Of a stretch of DNA of 64,000 nt, positions 34,554 through 44,900 are shown piece after piece; position 1 is the stretch's first letter, and the number at the start of each line of letters is the position of its first letter. The notes below the pieces were generated by a model. It was given only the letters and a program-made list of their open reading frames with translations, was not told the DNA's origin and searched no databases. The position numbers were made by a program, and so were the translations under genes. The DNA is from an uncultured Bacteroidaceae bacterium (lineage in GTDB: Bacteria; Bacteroidota; Bacteroidia; Bacteroidales; Bacteroidaceae). The stretch is from contig CAJOGQ010000002.1 of NCBI GenBank assembly GCA_905234125.1, positions 455-64,454 of the forward strand, written 5' to 3'.

Positions 34554-36365
34554 TTATGCTTTATATCGTTGCACTTGATTCATCACTCTCAGGAAGTTGC
34601 CACCCCAAATCATTTGAATCTGCTCTTCTGAGTAGCGTTCACGGAGAAGGTGACGGGTGAAATTGATGAGCTCGCTGGCAGATGCACAACCTCGGATGCC
34701 TCCATCTCCATCGAAATCGGTGCCTATGCCTACGTGTTCAATACCCATGATGTTGACCATGTGGTTGAGGTGTTCGATGGCATCGAGGATGGTGGCTTCC
34801 GTCACTCCTTCGGTGTTGGTGGCAAAGTTGCGAATCACATTTTGGGGGTTGTAATCGACGGAATCCTTGACTAAGAAGCCATGATAGAGGGTCACCTGAG
34901 CCACGCCTCCAGCTTTGGCCAATGCACGCATCTGGTCATCTGTCAGATTGCGTGGATGGTCACACAGGGCACGGGCAGATGAATGACTGCACACAATGGG
35001 TGTCTTGCTGATTTGGAGGGCATCGTAGAAACTCTCTTCGCCTGCATGGCTGAGGTCAACCATCATGCCCACACGGTTCATCTCTTGAATGACTTGTTCT
35101 CCAAACTTGCTCACACCTCCATGTTCGTGGTTGCCACGGGCTGAGTCGCAGATGTCGTTGTCTCCATTGTGGCAGAGGGTCATGTAAACCACTCCACGTT
35201 TGCGGAAAGCTTCCACATTATTGATGTCCTTTCCAATGGCATAGCCGTTCTCGATGCCGAGCATGATGGCTTTTTTGCCTTGTTGTTTCAGTCGCCAAAG
35301 GTCATCGGGCGTGTAGGCAATGTCAACAGCCGTGCAGTTCTTGGAGGCCATCTCTTCGATTTGGGTGAGAATTTGGTTGGCCTTGGCTGTGGCATTCTCC
35401 AAGGAAGCCTCATCACGTTCTTGTTGCTCCAGATAAGCCACCATGATGGTTGCATCGAGATGTCCCTCGGTCATCTTGTGGAGGTCAACAAGAATCTTTG
35501 GGTCACGTGACGCAAAGTTGATGTTCTGGGAGAAGAACATGGGGGTGTCGCAATGGCTGTCGAGGGTGAGCATCTTGCTGTGCAGCTTCTTGGCCTGCTT
35601 GAACTCTGCGCTTTCTTGGACAAGCCATTCGAAAATGGGGAGCATGTCTCGGTTGTTCCTCAAGATAAAGGTCTCTGGATGCCACTGCACGCCTAAGACG
35701 GATTTGAACTCGTTGCTTTCGATGGCCTCGATGACGCCATCACAGCTTAACGCTGTCACTTTAAGTACTGGAGCTGGCTCTTTGCAAGCCTGATGGTGGA
35801 AGGAATTGACAGCCAATTCAGCACCAAAGAGTTTTTCAAGGATAGAGCCTTTGGTGATGCTCACGGTGTGGGATGGATAACGACGGTCTTGGTCTTGGCT
35901 GTGCTTGATGCGGATGCCCTCCATCTGCGTGTGGATGTCCTGATAGTTGGTGCCTCCAAGTGCGGCATTGATGACTTGGATGCCTTTGCAGATGCCGAGC
36001 ATGGGGATTTGACGGTCGTAGGCCATACGAGCCAAGAGCAATTCCTGCAGGTCACGTTCAGGAGTGATGCTATGGAGCTCCTTGATGGGTTCCTCGCCCA
36101 AGAGAAGGGGATTGATGTCGCCACCTCCACTGAAGAGGATGCCATCCAAGCGGTCAAGGAGGTCACCCAGACGGTCTGTCTCGTAGAAGGGAGGAAGGAT
36201 GAAGGGGATGCCTCCTGCCTTCAGTACTGATTGGTAGTAGCCTTCGGCCAGGGTGCAGGTTTCGTTGGAGTAGTTGCCTGTGATGCCGATGACGGGGAGG
36301 CTCTCCTTAGTGGTGAAATCGCTGTTGATGCGATTGTAGTCGTTATGCCAGTTGTTGGTTTCCAT
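34554..36365 (-). CDS. Fusion protein: class-I glutamine amidotransferase-like gamma-glutamyl hydrolase (peptidase C26 / PuuD-like) plus membrane-dipeptidase-type peptidase M19
   Basis: The N-half has GICKGIQVIN ... HHQ ... QWHPE (a GATase Cys-His-Glu triad). The C-half has LDSHCDTP, HNGDNDI, DLSH, SHSS and GIGTDFDG (the renal dipeptidase family). Confidence 0.8.
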   Translation of the reverse strand: METNNWHNDYNRINSDFTTKESLPVIGITGNYSNETCTLAEGYYQSVLKAGGIPFILPPFYETDRLGDLLDRLDGILFSGGGDINPLLLGEEPIKELHSITPERDLQELLLARMAYDRQIPMLGICKGIQVINAALGGTNYQDIHTQMEGIRIKHSQDQDRRYPSHTVSITKGSILEKLFGAELAVNSFHHQACKEPAPVLKVTALSCDGVIEAIESNEFKSVLGVQWHPETFILRNNRDMLPIFEWLVQESAEFKQAKKLHSKMLTLDSHCDTPMFFSQNINFASRDPKILVDLHKMTEGHLDATIMVAYLEQQERDEASLENATAKANQILTQIEEMASKNCTAVDIAYTPDDLWRLKQQGKKAIMLGIENGYAIGKDINNVEAFRKRGVVYMTLCHNGDNDICDSARGNHEHGGVSKFGEQVIQEMNRVGMMVDLSHAGEESFYDALQISKTPIVCSHSSARALCDHPRNLTDDQMRALAKAGGVAQVTLYHGFLVKDSVDYNPQNVIRNFATNTEGVTEATILDAIEHLNHMVNIMGIEHVGIGTDFDGDGGIRGCASASELINFTRHLLRERYSEEQIQMIWGGNFLRVMNQVQRYKA

Positions 36366-36410
36366 ATATGAGGAGTTTGATTGGGATGGGGAAACCGCCC
36401 CACACGAACA

Positions 36411-38438
36411 TTATTTCTTCTTTTTCTTTTTATTGAAGGCTTCGTAGAAAGGTTGGGACTCTACTTGGCCTTCGAAGAACTTGGCCCATTCGGCAGCGCC
36501 TTTGGGACCACGAGCAGAGGTGTAGCCACGTTCCTCACGGGAGGGTTTTTCCTTCGATTTGGTTGTTCTGGCAGATTTGGCGGAGGCACCACGAATGACT
36601 CCACTGCCCTTCTTGGGTTTTCTCTCGCCAAAGGAGCGGCGATTCTCTTCATGATGACTCTCACGTTTGGGGGTGCGTTGTCCTTCAGGCTGGTCAGTCA
36701 CCTCCACATTCACTTTTCTGCCATCGAAGTCAGTTCCATTGAGCACGTTGAGGACGGTCTTGGTCTGCTGTTCTGGCACCTCGAAGAAGGAGAAGTTCTG
36801 CATCAGGTCGATGCGTCCAAGGTCGATGCGTGCTCCTTGTGCCACACGATTGATGAAGCCCATGAAGACTTTGGGGCTGATGCCGTCTTTCTTGCCAAGA
36901 TTGATGAAGAGGCGGGTGTAGCCAGCCTCAGCAGTGCGTGAACGGTCTCCACCACGACCTCTCGCTCCTCGCTCCTTGCTCCTTGCTCCGAACTCCTTGT
37001 CCCCACGACGGTCTCCTTTTTCTGATGGCTGAATGATTTCAGGAGCGTTCTTATAATAGTTGAGGAAGGTGTTGAACTCCATCGACACCATGCGCTTGAT
37101 GAGGTCTTCCTTCTCCATCATGTCGAACTTGCGATAAACCTCTGGGAGGAAGGGAGCAATCTCCTCCTCATCTACAGAGACTTTCTCGATGTCGTCAATC
37201 ACCTTATAGAGTTGCTTGGCACAAATCTCCTGACCTGTCGGCAAGATGCCAGGCACGAACTTCTTCTGAATCTGCTGTTCGATGGCACGAACCTTGCCCT
37301 TCTCCTTCACATGGATGATGGAAATGGAGGTGCCTGAACGTCCTGCACGTCCTGTTCTGCCCGAACGGTGAGTGTAGCTCTCGATGTCGTCAGGCAGACC
37401 ATAGTTGATGACGTGGGTGAGTTCGTCCACATCCAATCCACGAGCCGCCACATCTGTAGCCACCAGCAACTGCACACGGTGCTGACGGAACTTTTGCATG
37501 GTCAGGTCACGCTGAGCCTGTGAGAGTTCGCCGTGCAAGGATTCTGCATTGTAGCCATCACGGATGAGCTTGTCTGCAATTTCCTGCGTCTCCATTCGAG
37601 TGCGGCAGAAGATGATTGCATAAATCTCTGGGTAATAGTCTGCCACACGCTTCAGGGCATTGTACTTATCCCTTGCGCTCACCATATAATAGATGTGGTT
37701 CACATGCTCAGCCCCTTCGTTACGGCTTCCCACCACAATCTCCTTAGCATCGTGCAAGTAGTTCTTCGATATGCGTTCAATCTCCTTGCTCATCGTGGCT
37801 GAGAAGAGCAAAGTGTTTCGTTCAGCAGGGACTCCTGCGAGGATGGTGTCGATACTTTCTGAAAAGCCCATGTTCAGCATCTCATCGGCCTCGTCCAGCA
37901 CCACATTTTCCACTGTTCCGAGCTTGGCCACTCCACGCTCCATGAGGTCAACGAGGCGGCCAGGCGTGGCGACAATCACCTGCACTCCCTTCTTCAGGGC
38001 TCGAATCTGAGGCTCGATGCTGGCGCCACCATAGACAGCGAGCACATGCAGTCCCTTGATATATTTGGAATAGTCCTTCAGGTCGTCCGTAATCTGCAAG
38101 CAAAGTTCTCGTGTGGGAGCCATGATGACAGCCTGCACATCGGTACGGTTCGTGTCGATTTTCTGCAACACGGGCAGACCATACGCCGCCGTCTTTCCTG
38201 TTCCTGTCTGAGCCAGAGCGACGACATCGTTGTTGTGTCCCAATAAATAAGGGATGACCTTCTCCTGCACAGGCATCGGGGTGACGTAGCCCATCTCCTG
38301 GATGGCCTTCAAGATTTCGCCCGACACGCCCAATTCTTCGAAGGTATGCTCCACTTTAGGCATTTCGTTTTCTTCATGCATCGCTTGAAGCTCATTGTTC
38401 ATTCCTTGAGCTTCCAGCATTTCTTTAGTTTCTTCCAT
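36411..38438 (-). CDS. DEAD-box ATP-dependent RNA helicase (DeaD/CsdA-like with a DbpA-type RNA-binding domain and a basic tail)
   Basis: It has the Q motif (F..LG ... PMPVQ) and the motifs AQTGTGKT, DEAD, SAT and HRSGRTGRAG. The start is 38438 (a 14-nt overlap with the upstream kinase gene) or 38420. Confidence 0.9.
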   Translation of the reverse strand: MEETKEMLEAQGMNNELQAMHEENEMPKVEHTFEELGVSGEILKAIQEMGYVTPMPVQEKVIPYLLGHNNDVVALAQTGTGKTAAYGLPVLQKIDTNRTDVQAVIMAPTRELCLQITDDLKDYSKYIKGLHVLAVYGGASIEPQIRALKKGVQVIVATPGRLVDLMERGVAKLGTVENVVLDEADEMLNMGFSESIDTILAGVPAERNTLLFSATMSKEIERISKNYLHDAKEIVVGSRNEGAEHVNHIYYMVSARDKYNALKRVADYYPEIYAIIFCRTRMETQEIADKLIRDGYNAESLHGELSQAQRDLTMQKFRQHRVQLLVATDVAARGLDVDELTHVINYGLPDDIESYTHRSGRTGRAGRSGTSISIIHVKEKGKVRAIEQQIQKKFVPGILPTGQEICAKQLYKVIDDIEKVSVDEEEIAPFLPEVYRKFDMMEKEDLIKRMVSMEFNTFLNYYKNAPEIIQPSEKGDRRGDKEFGARSKERGARGRGGDRSRTAEAGYTRLFINLGKKDGISPKVFMGFINRVAQGARIDLGRIDLMQNFSFFEVPEQQTKTVLNVLNGTDFDGRKVNVEVTDQPEGQRTPKRESHHEENRRSFGERKPKKGSGVIRGASAKSARTTKSKEKPSREERGYTSARGPKGAAEWAKFFEGQVESQPFYEAFNKKKKKK
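36961..36990. repeat. GRGCAAG-family heptamer array (4 units) in frame inside the helicase gene
   Basis: The plus strand reads CTCGCTC CTCGCTC CTTGCTC CTTGCTC. The gene strand encodes GARSKERGAR. Confidence 0.85.
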
Positions 38439-39351
38439 AATTTTTTGCAAATTCTTTACTGATTGAGTTGTTGAGGCTCTGGCACACTTCGGATGCGAAG
38501 GCCATGCCATGAGCGACGATGCAGTCCCATTGCTCTTCGGTGATGGAGACCACATCCTCTCTGCGGATATTTTCCTTCAAAAGTCCGAAGACGATGCCCG
38601 CATTGAAGTTGTCGCCTGCCCCAATGGTCGATACTGTTTCTATTTTATTGACTTGATATTTCTTCGTGACGCTGGGCGAGAACAGACAAATGTCGCCCTC
38701 CGCATCCGTGCAGAGCATCTGTCGGCAATGATATTTCACCTCCTGATGATAAGCTTTCTCGGCGTCGGAGATTTTGAACATGTTCAAGAAGTCTTCTGTC
38801 GAGCCACGAACGATGCTGGCATACTCGAAGTTTTCCAGAATCGTGGAGCGCAGTTTGATGGCTTCCGAGGCATGAGAAGAGCGGAAGTTGATGTCGTAAT
38901 AGATGAGGGCTTCCTGCTTCGTCGCATAGTCCAGGAAATCCGTCACTTTCTCCCGCAAGACTGGGTTCAGCACGAAGTACGACCCCATCATCACGATGTC
39001 GTCTTTCTCCACTTTGGGCCACACCACATCGAGTCTTGCGTTGGGATAATCTTTATAAAATGTGTAGTCGGCATCGTTCCTCTCGTTCAGGAATGCCAGC
39101 GAAATGGCCGTCCGACCGTCCTCATACATGCAGACGTAGTCGCTGTTCACCCCGTTCTCTTCCATGAACTGCTTGATGGTCTTGCCCACACGGTCGTTGC
39201 CAGTCTCCGTAATCATCGTAACGGGCACTTCCATCCTTCCCAACGAGATGATGCCATTGAACGTAGAACCTCCCGGCACGGCTACCGTAGGCTGTTCATT
39301 CTTGAAGATGATGTCGAGAATCGTCTCTCCAATTCCAATTACTTTTCTCAT
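38425..39351 (-). CDS. PfkB-family carbohydrate kinase (fructokinase-like)
   Basis: 308-aa ORF with an N-terminal GGSTFN motif and the C-terminal PfkB signature TIGAGDNFNAG. Confidence 0.8.
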   Translation of the reverse strand: MRKVIGIGETILDIIFKNEQPTVAVPGGSTFNGIISLGRMEVPVTMITETGNDRVGKTIKQFMEENGVNSDYVCMYEDGRTAISLAFLNERNDADYTFYKDYPNARLDVVWPKVEKDDIVMMGSYFVLNPVLREKVTDFLDYATKQEALIYYDINFRSSHASEAIKLRSTILENFEYASIVRGSTEDFLNMFKISDAEKAYHQEVKYHCRQMLCTDAEGDICLFSPSVTKKYQVNKIETVSTIGAGDNFNAGIVFGLLKENIRREDVVSITEEQWDCIVAHGMAFASEVCQSLNNSISKEFAKNYGRN

Positions 39352-39400
39352 GTCGTTTATCTGAAAGTCCTTGTTGAATAATCTAAAAGTTCTTGTCGCT

Positions 39401-40651
39401 TTATCTGAAAATTAATGTTGTCAATCCCTGCTCATCGAACACTTCCCGAGCCACCTCCTGCAACAGCTCTGGTGTCAGTCGCTCCAGATGTTCGATTGTG
39501 TCTTTCTGTCCCTCCACTTTATTATAATGAAGATAGGCTTTCGCCATATCCAATGCATAATTCTCGAAATTGTCGCAGGCCACTCCGATTTGTCCCTTGA
39601 TTTGCTTCAAAGCCCCTGTGAACAGCCTCTCCGTCATCGGTTCGTTCATCAGCTTGTCCAGTTCCTGCCTGACTGTCCGCAGACACCTCTCCACATCCTC
39701 CTCGTCGCATCCGAAGTAGATGGCCCACGTCGAAGTGTCCGTGTAGTTCGTCAGCGAACTCTCCACCGTATAGACCAATCCCCTGTGCTCCCTCAGCGCA
39801 ATGTTCAGCCTCGAATTCATGCCCGGCCCGCCCAGGATGTTGTTGAGGAAGTACAGAGCGATGCGTTTGTCGTCCTCCGAACCGTAACTCGCCCGGCCAA
39901 TCATCACATGGGCCTGGTGAGTGCCACGTTCCTCCGTGAAGATTCCAGCGTTTCTTTTGATAGGACTTACGAGTCTGATAGGCTCGATAGGAATGATAGA
40001 CTTGATGTCCTTCAGCCTCTTTCCCACCATTTTCTTCACCTGCTCAAACTCCACATCGCCCAAAACGAAGAACACCATCTTCTCGGGCCGGTACAGCCTC
40101 AAGACAAATTGGAGCGCATCCTCGGTCCTGAACCGCCTCACATTCTCCGCCGTCCCCAAGATGTCGTGTCCCAGACTGTTCCCTTCATATATAATGTCCT
40201 CGAATCGGTCGAAAATCAAGTCCGCCGGCGTGTCGTTGTAACTCTCAATCTCGTCCACTATCACCTCACACTCCTTGTCAATCTCGTGCTGAGGAAACGT
40301 GCTGTGGAAGACGATGTCGAAAATCAGCTCCGTCGCCCGCTCCAGATGTTCCTTCATGAAGGCCGCATACACCACGGTCTCCTCCTTATTCGTGTAGGCA
40401 TTCAGGTCGCCACCCACAGCCTCCATCCGATTGATGATGTGCCAAGCCCGACGTTTATCCGTTCCCTTGAACATCATATGCTCGCAGAAATGAGCCATCC
40501 CTTCCTCGCCAGGTTCCTCATCCCTCGTGCCAGCGTCGATGCTGATGCCACAGTATGCCACCTGCGTCGGCGACGGAATCTGCATCAGCCGCAGACCATT
40601 CTCAAACGTGTACGTCCTCGCTTCCTCTCTCATGGCTCCCATTTTTCCCAT
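39401..40651 (-). CDS. M16-family (pitrilysin/insulinase-like) zinc peptidase
   Basis: It has the inverted zinc motif HFCEHMMFKGT (HxxEH). Alternative in-frame starts lie a few codons downstream. Confidence 0.8.
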   Translation of the reverse strand: MGKMGAMREEARTYTFENGLRLMQIPSPTQVAYCGISIDAGTRDEEPGEEGMAHFCEHMMFKGTDKRRAWHIINRMEAVGGDLNAYTNKEETVVYAAFMKEHLERATELIFDIVFHSTFPQHEIDKECEVIVDEIESYNDTPADLIFDRFEDIIYEGNSLGHDILGTAENVRRFRTEDALQFVLRLYRPEKMVFFVLGDVEFEQVKKMVGKRLKDIKSIIPIEPIRLVSPIKRNAGIFTEERGTHQAHVMIGRASYGSEDDKRIALYFLNNILGGPGMNSRLNIALREHRGLVYTVESSLTNYTDTSTWAIYFGCDEEDVERCLRTVRQELDKLMNEPMTERLFTGALKQIKGQIGVACDNFENYALDMAKAYLHYNKVEGQKDTIEHLERLTPELLQEVAREVFDEQGLTTLIFR

Positions 40652-40671
40652 CTCTTCCTATCAACTCCCAT

Positions 40672-41244
40672 TCAGTATATCACCAACCCGGCCAGTCCGC
40701 ACAGCAAAATCATGATGATGGGATGAACCTTATACAATCTTGTCCCCACAAACGCAAAAAAGAACAGCACCACGCTCACCACGAACACGAACGTCGAGTC
40801 CGTCGGGGAGCCAAAGTTCTCCTTCGACATCAGCATCAGCGCCGCAGCCGCCAGCAACCCCACAATCACTGGTCGCAGCGTTGCGAACACACTCGTCACC
40901 ACTTTCGACTCATGATGCTTGATGAGGAACTTGCTGATGCTCACCATCAGGATGAACGGGAGCCACACCACGCTCAGCGAGGCCAATATCGCCCCCAGCA
41001 CAGCCATCCAAGTCGGATAGCCAGCATGGACGACCGCCGTGTAGCCCGTGTAGGTGGCGCAGTTGATGCCAATCGGCCCTGGAGTCGATTGGCTGATGGC
41101 CACAATGTCGGTGAACTCATTCACCGTCATCCACCCATGCTTGTTCACCACCTCGTCCTGAATAAGCGACAACATCGCATAGCCACCTCCAAAATTGAAG
41201 ATGCCAATCTTTGAAAATACATAGAACAATTCCAAGAATATCAT
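40672..41244 (-). CDS. Chromate transporter (CHR family) half-size protein, second of a pair
   Basis: 190-aa polytopic ORF with FNFGGGYAMLSLIQ ... Q.TPGP, typical of CHR. Confidence 0.8.
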   Translation of the reverse strand: MIFLELFYVFSKIGIFNFGGGYAMLSLIQDEVVNKHGWMTVNEFTDIVAISQSTPGPIGINCATYTGYTAVVHAGYPTWMAVLGAILASLSVVWLPFILMVSISKFLIKHHESKVVTSVFATLRPVIVGLLAAAALMLMSKENFGSPTDSTFVFVVSVVLFFFAFVGTRLYKVHPIIMILLCGLAGLVIY

Positions 41245-41267
41245 CGCTTATCAATTTATTTCTTTAT

Positions 41268-41362
41268 GCTCAGTTGCTCAATCGGGAGCCTCAGTTGCTC
41301 AATTGGATGTGTCCAATCTCTTCATCGGGCGTGTCCAATCACCCAATCGGACGTGTCCAATC
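41268..41362. repeat. Degenerate ~21-22-nt tandem units filling the spacer between the two chromate-transporter genes
   Basis: CTCAGTTGCTCAAT occurs twice (41269, 41290). GTGTCCAATC occurs three times (41309, 41331, 41353). The last unit contains the stop of the upstream gene. Confidence 0.8.
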
Positions 41363-41900
41363 ATTTCTTCACCCTTCCCCACACAAATCCTCCGACTCCT
41401 GCAACCAGGATGCACCAGATGGGCGAAACGCCAAACGCCACTATCAGAAGCGCCGTCACGATGGGAATCCAGCAGTTGAACTTCGTCAGTTTCGCCTTCT
41501 TCGCCATGCCGAAGCAAGGAGCCAGGATGAGCGCCACCACGCATGGCCGCACTCCCATGAACACCTTCTCCACGTAAACATTGTCCTTGAACGTCTGGAA
41601 AAACATGGCAATCAGCAATATCGCCACAATCGACGGCACCGCAGTGGCCAACGCCCCCACAATTCCGCCCCTCACGCCCTTCAGCTTCAGGCCGATGTGC
41701 GAGGCCATGTCGATGGCGAACAAGCCCGGCGTGCTCTGTGCCACCACCAGCGTGTCCATAAACTCCTCGTGAGTCAGCCACTGCTTCTTGTCCACCACCT
41801 CCTTCTCCATCATCTGCACCATCGCATAGCCTCCCCCAAGGGTGAAACTACCAATCTTGGCAAACGTCAGGAAGATGTCCGTGTATATGCCCATTGCCAT
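41361..41900 (-). CDS. Chromate transporter (CHR family) half-size protein, first of a pair
   Basis: 179-aa polytopic ORF with FTLGGGYAMVQMME ... QSTPG. Confidence 0.8.
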   Translation of the reverse strand: MAMGIYTDIFLTFAKIGSFTLGGGYAMVQMMEKEVVDKKQWLTHEEFMDTLVVAQSTPGLFAIDMASHIGLKLKGVRGGIVGALATAVPSIVAILLIAMFFQTFKDNVYVEKVFMGVRPCVVALILAPCFGMAKKAKLTKFNCWIPIVTALLIVAFGVSPIWCILVAGVGGFVWGRVKK

Positions 41901-41945
41901 TGTTCCTTTGTCCTATCTGTGGCGACTCGGTCGTCACTCACCGAA

Positions 41946-44900
41946 CTACTTCACTCTCTCTTCCACCCACTTCCGTGCATTCACGAACGCCTCAATCCAA
42001 GGAGTCACCTCGTCTCCCTTCCGCTCCGCAGGATAGTTCGCCTCCTGCCAAGGGAAGATGGCTCGCTCCAAGTGAGGCATCATCGCCAGGTGACGTCCAT
42101 CAGCCGAAGCGATGCCCGCCACGTCATACGTCGAGCCGTTCGGATTGCCTGGATAGCCCGAATAGTTGTACTTCGCCACAATATTATATTCGCTCTCGGC
42201 CTTGGGCAGACGGAAATTGCCTTCGCCGTGTGCTACCCACAAGCCCAACTTGCTTCCGCTCAGCGAGCCGAACATCACCGACCGGTTCTCCGGAATCTGC
42301 AAAGTGACGAACTCGCTCTCGAACTTGTGGCTTACGTTGTGCAACATCTGCGCATAGTCCTTCGCATCCGTCACCGCATGATTGTTGTTCAGGAGACCAA
42401 GCTCCACCATCAACTGACAGCCATTGCAGATGCCGAGCGAAAGCGTGTCCTCTCTTGCGTAGAACTTGTCGAGCGCTTGTTTGGCCTTGGGGTTGAAGAG
42501 GAAGGCGCCTGCCCATCCCTTCGCCGAGCCCAATACGTCGGAATTGGAGAAACCGCCGCAGAACACGATCATGTTGATGTCCTCCAACGTCTCGCGTCCG
42601 CTCACCAAGTCGGTCATCATCACGTCCTTCACGTCGAAGCCCGCTAAATATAATGAATAGGCCATCTCGCGCTCTCCGTTCGTTCCCTTCTCACGGATAA
42701 TGGCAGCTTTGATACCCGTCCTTTCGCGACGGTCGGCACTGATGCCGTACTGTGCTAACTTGCCCGTGAACGATGCCGGGAACTTGTGCTCGATTGGCTG
42801 GTTCTTGTAGTTCTCGAAGCGCTCCTTGGCCATGCCGTTGAACGACTGCTTCGTGTCGAGACGGTAAGAAGTCGAGTACCAGATGTCGCGAAGTTTGTCG
42901 ATGTCGAAGTAACGGTTGCGCCCGCCCTTCTTCACCACAATCTGACGCTCCTCAATCGGCTGGCCAATCTCGATGAAACCAACGCCCGCCTTGTTCAACA
43001 GATTCTCCACAGCCTTCTTGTCGGCGTTCTTTACCTGAACAACCACGCCAGGATTCTCAGCAAAGAGAAGCTTCACGGGGTCGCTCTCGTTCATGCCGTT
43101 GAGATTGATCTTGAGACCGCCCTTCTGATTGGCGAAGGTCATCTCCAACAAAGTCGTAATCAAACCGCCGGCACTGATGTCGTGACCAGCCAACAGGAGT
43201 TCGTCCTTCACCAACTCCTGCACTGCCAAGAAAGCATCGCGGAAGTACTCAGGATTCTTCACGGTCGGCACATCGCTTCCAACCTTCCCGAGGCTCTGCG
43301 CAAAGGCCGAACCGCCCAACTTCAGCGTGTCGAACGAGAAGTCAATATGATAGAGCGTCGTCTCCTTGTCGTTTACCAACACTGGGCTTACGACCTTCTT
43401 CACGTCGCTCACCTCACCGCCCGACGACACAATTACGGTTCCCGGCGAGATGATTTTGCTTCCGTCAGGATACTTCTGCGTCATCGACAGCGAATCCTTT
43501 CCCGTCGGCACGTTCACCTGCAGAGCGCAGCAGAAGTCGCTCAGAGCCTGCACACCCTCATACAAGCGTGCATCCTCACCCTTCTGCGAACGGCAAGGCC
43601 ACATCCAGTTGGCGGACAGGCTTACGGAATCAAGCCCATCAGCCATCGGAGCCCAAACCAAGTTGGTCAACGATTCAGCCACCGACAGCACCGAACCCGC
43701 TGCTGGGTCTGCCAAACCTGCCTGTGGAGCATGACCGATCGCGGTCGCAATACCTTTCTCGCCGCGATAGTCCAGCGCCACCACGCCACAGTCTGAGAGT
43801 GGCAACTGAATCTCACCCTGACATTGCTGACGGGCAATCTTACCCGTCACAGAACGGTCCACCTTGTTGGTCAACCAGTCCTTACAAGCCACAGCCTCCA
43901 ACTGGAGCACGTTCTCCAAGTAATTCTCTATCTCATTATAAGAATATGTTACATCCTCATACTTCCTCTCCACAGTCTCGTCCGTCATCACCGTCTTTGG
44001 CGAGTGTCCGAACATCTGTGCAACGTCCAAGTCGAACGGACGAACGCCATCACCCTGCTCGAAAGCGAAGTGGGCATCGCCAGTCGTCTCACCCACCACA
44101 TACAGCGGAGCGCGTTCACGCTCAGCAATCTTCCTCACATGGTCGATATGCTTCTCGTCGATGAGCAAGCCCATGCGTTCTTGACTTTCGTTGGCGATGA
44201 TTTCCTTCGATGACAACGTCTGGTCACCGATGGGCAACTTGGTCATGTCGATGAGACCACCACACTCTTCCACCAACTCTGACAGACAGTTCACGTGTCC
44301 TGCCGAACCGTGGTCGTGGATGCTCACCACCGGATTCACATCTTCCTCACACAATGCTCTCACCAAGTTGTTCGCACGCTTCTGCATCTCAGGGTTCGCA
44401 CGCTGCACAGCATTCAGCTCGATGCCCGATGAGTAGCGACCCGTATCCACAGAAGACACACTTCCGCCACCAAGACCGATGCGGTAGTTATCACCACCAA
44501 CAACTACAATCTTATTGCCCTTCTCAGGCGTTCCCTTCAAGCAGTCGCGCTTCGTGCCATAACCCACGCCACCAGCAAGCATGATGACTTTGTCGTAGCC
44601 ATATTCTTCTTTCACATCACCCTGCTTTTCCTCATGCTCGAAGGTCAGCACCGATCCACAAATCAATGGCTGACCGAACTTATTGCCAAAGTCGCTCGCA
44701 CCGTTCGATGCCTTAATCAGTATCTGCTCTGGCGTCTGATACAGCCACTTACGGATAGGAAGAACCTCTTCCCAAGGACGGATATCTCCCTCCTTGTCCG
44801 ACTTCGTCCACTTCGGATAGCTGTGTGGCTGACTTGGAGCGACACCATTACGGGGATAGCTAGTCATATAGACCGCCGTACCTGCGATTGGCCAGCTTCC

